In this document: positions 61,598-64,000 of the stretch, one piece after another
How positions within the stretch are numbered: position 1 is the first letter of the stretch
Layout: each line of letters starts with the position of its first letter
Origin: Mobula hypostoma
Lineage: Eukaryota
NCBI RefSeq assembly: GCF_963921235.1
Contig: NC_086108.1
Coordinates: 55,306,001 to 55,370,000 of the forward strand
Reading direction: 5' to 3'
Length of the DNA: 64,000 nt
Made by a program: the position numbers and the translations under genes
The notes under the pieces: model-generated
Database searches by the model: none
What the model was told of the DNA's origin: nothing
What the model saw: only the letters and a program-made list of their open reading frames with translations

Positions 61598-64000
61598 TGA
61601 GAAAATCTGCAGATGCTGGAAATCCAAATCAACACACACTAAATGCTGGAGAAACTCAGCAGGTCATGCAGAATCTATGGAAAAGAGTAAACAGTCAATG
61701 TTTCGGGCTGAGACCCTACTTCAGGACTGGAAAGGAAGGGGAAAAATAAGTAAGAAGGTGGGAGAGGGGAAAAAGAAGAACAAGGTGGCTGGTGGTGGGT
61801 GAGACATGGAGGGGGGAGGGGGCAAAGTAAAGAGTAGCATTACCAGAAGTTCAAGAAACAGGACTGGTGAAAGTCAAGGGGGGAGCATTACGGTAGGCTT
61901 ATTCAGAAAGTCAGAATGCATGGGATGCAGGGAAGTTTAGCCAAGTGGATTCAGAATTGGCTTGCCGGCAGAAAGCAGAGGGTCGTGGTGGAGGGAGTAC
62001 TTTCAGATTGGAGGGTTGTGACTAGTTGTGACCAGAACCACAAGCATTGGTTCTATTACCTCTACTTTTCGTGATTTTTATTAACGAGCTGGATGTGGGG
62101 GTAGAAGGGTGGGTTGGCAAGTTTGCAGATGACACAAAGGTTGGTGGTGTTATGGATAGTGTAGAGGATTGTCAAAGATTGCAGAGAGACATTGATAGGA
62201 TGCAGAAGTGGGCTGAGAAGTGGTGGATGGATTTCAACCCGGAGAAGTGTGAGGTGGTACACTTTGGAAGGACAAACTCCAAGGCAGAGTACAGAGTAAA
62301 TGGCAGGATACTTGGTAGTGTGGAGGAGCAGAGGAATCTGGGGGTACATGTCCACAGATCCCTGAAAGTTGCCTCACAGGCAGATAGGGTAGTTAAGAAA
62401 GCTTATGGGGTGTTACCATTCATAAGTTGAGGGACAGAGTTTAAGAGTCGCGAGGTAATGATGCAGCTCTATGAAACTCTGGTTAGGCCACACTTGGAGT
62501 ATTGTGTCCAATTCTGGGCGCCTCACTATAGGAAGGGTGTGGAAGCATTGGAAAGGGTACAGAGGAGATTTACCAGGATGCTGCCTGGTTTAGAGAGTAT
62601 GCATTGCAATCAGAGATTAAGGGAGCTAGGGCTTTACTCTTTGGAGAGGAGGAGGATGAGAGGAGACATGATAGAGGTATACAAGATATTAAGAGGAATA
62701 GATAGTGGACAGCCAGCGCCTCTTCCCCAGGGCACCACTGCTCAGTACAAGAGGACATGTCTTTAAGATAAGGGGTGGGATGTTCAAGGGGGATATTAGA
62801 GGAAGGTTTTTTACTCAGAGTGGTTGGTGCGTGGAATGCACTGCCTGAGTCAGTGGAGGCAGATACACTAGTGAAATTTAAGAGACTACTAGACAGGTAT
62901 ATGGAGGAATTTAAGGTGGGGGGGGGGTTATATGGGAGGTAGGGTTTAAGGGTTGGCACAACATTGTGGGCTGAAGGGCCTGTAATGTGCTGTACTATTC
63001 TATGTTCTATTACCAGAAATTTGAGAAATCAGTATTCATGCCTTCAGGTTGCAGGCTAACCAGACAGAATACAAAGTATTGCTCCTCCAACCTGAGTGTA
63101 GCCTCATCCTTGGAGTAGGCCATGGAATGACATGTTGGAATGTGAATGGGAAGTGGAATTGAAATTGATGGCCACTGAGTAAAGGTGTTTGGCACAGTGT
63201 CCCAATCTACGTCAGGTATACAGGAGGCCACACCGGGAGCACCGGATACAGTAGATGACCGCAACAGACTCTCAGGTGAAGTGTCACCTCATCTGATGGT
63301 TGAGGAAGGGAATCTACTTTCTTTGAAGAAGGAGAATATCTCAGTTGTTCTGGAATGAAAAGCTTTGTCCTGAGAGCAGATGTAGAGAGGGAGGAACTGA
63401 GAGAAGGAAATGGCATTTTTACAAGTGACAGGGATGGGAGAGGTATAGTTCAGACAGTTGTGAGAGTCAGTGGATTTATAAAAGATGTTAATAGATAGAG
63501 TGTCTCTAGAGGTGTATACGGAGAGTTTGGGAAAGGGGATACAGTTGTTGGAAATGGATCAAGAAATTTGAGGGTAGGGTGGAAGCTGTAGGCAAAGTTG
63601 ATGAAATTGATGAGCTCAGCATGGGTGCATGAAGCAGCAGCAATGCCATCATCGACGTAGCATAGGAAGAGTTGGGGAGAGATGCCGGTGAAGGCTTGGA
63701 TCATGGACTGTTCCACGTAGCCGACAAAAAAGCAGGCATAGCTGCGACCCCTGCAAGTGCCCAGGTCTACACCTTTGGTTTGAAGGAAGTGAGAGGAGCT
63801 GAAAGAGAAATTATTGAGGATCAGTTCCACCAGAAGGAGGAGAAAGGTGGTAGACAGAAACTTAATTGGGTCTGTTGTCCAAAAAGTGGAGAGCTTTAAG
63901 GCCTTCTTGATGGGGGATGGAGGTGTATAGAGACTAACTATCCATAGTGAAAAAGAGAGGACTGGGGCCAGGGAACTTAATCAGTGAAAAGATCAAAACT
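61598..64000 (-). mobile_element. Penelope-like (Neptune) element interrupted by a CR1; runs off the window end
   Basis: RT ORF 63450..63830 (NNFSF..FLQTKGV..LFLCYVDD); 63010..63264 (LRLEEQYFVFCLVSLQPEGMN); terminal repeat 61598-61890. Confidence 0.9.
61891..63008 (+). mobile_element. Young 5'-truncated CR1/HER1 LINE
   Basis: ORFs 62047..62430 (KFADDTK) and 62458..62766 (LVRPHLEYCVQFW); tail 'ttctatgttctat'. Confidence 0.95.

Noticed and set aside
18689..61730. Recurrent 100-bp motif as a CRISPR-like or tandem array
   Set aside because: Copies are dispersed, in both orientations and tied to Penelope termini; no spacers or cas genes

Overview
Eukaryotic, repeat-dense vertebrate DNA. The repeat landscape (HER1/CR1 LINEs, HE1-like V-SINEs, Neptune-type Penelope elements, Rex1/Babar) suggests a cartilaginous fish, probably a ray; this is inference. 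The only host-gene sequence I can support is a short + strand exon at 58136-58261 encoding MKKSRSVLAVSAED, which matches the 14-codon first coding exon of PDE4B long isoform 1, so most of the window is probably pde4b 5' intron or upstream sequence. Nearly all recognisable ORFs in the track are transposable-element remnants: CR1 (one near full-length), L2, Rex1/Babar, Penelope-like elements, a decayed Gypsy element, solo LTRs, Tc1, pogo/Tigger-like and hAT MITEs, and a Chapaev3-type transposase split by a CR1 insertion. The most notable structure is a set of about 11 minimal type I hammerhead ribozyme motifs, from two sequence families, in the terminal repeats of the Penelope-like elements, two of which form inverted foldback insertions with target-site duplications. 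Family names come from recalled motifs, not database searches, and repeat boundaries are approximate unless a TSD or TIR is cited.
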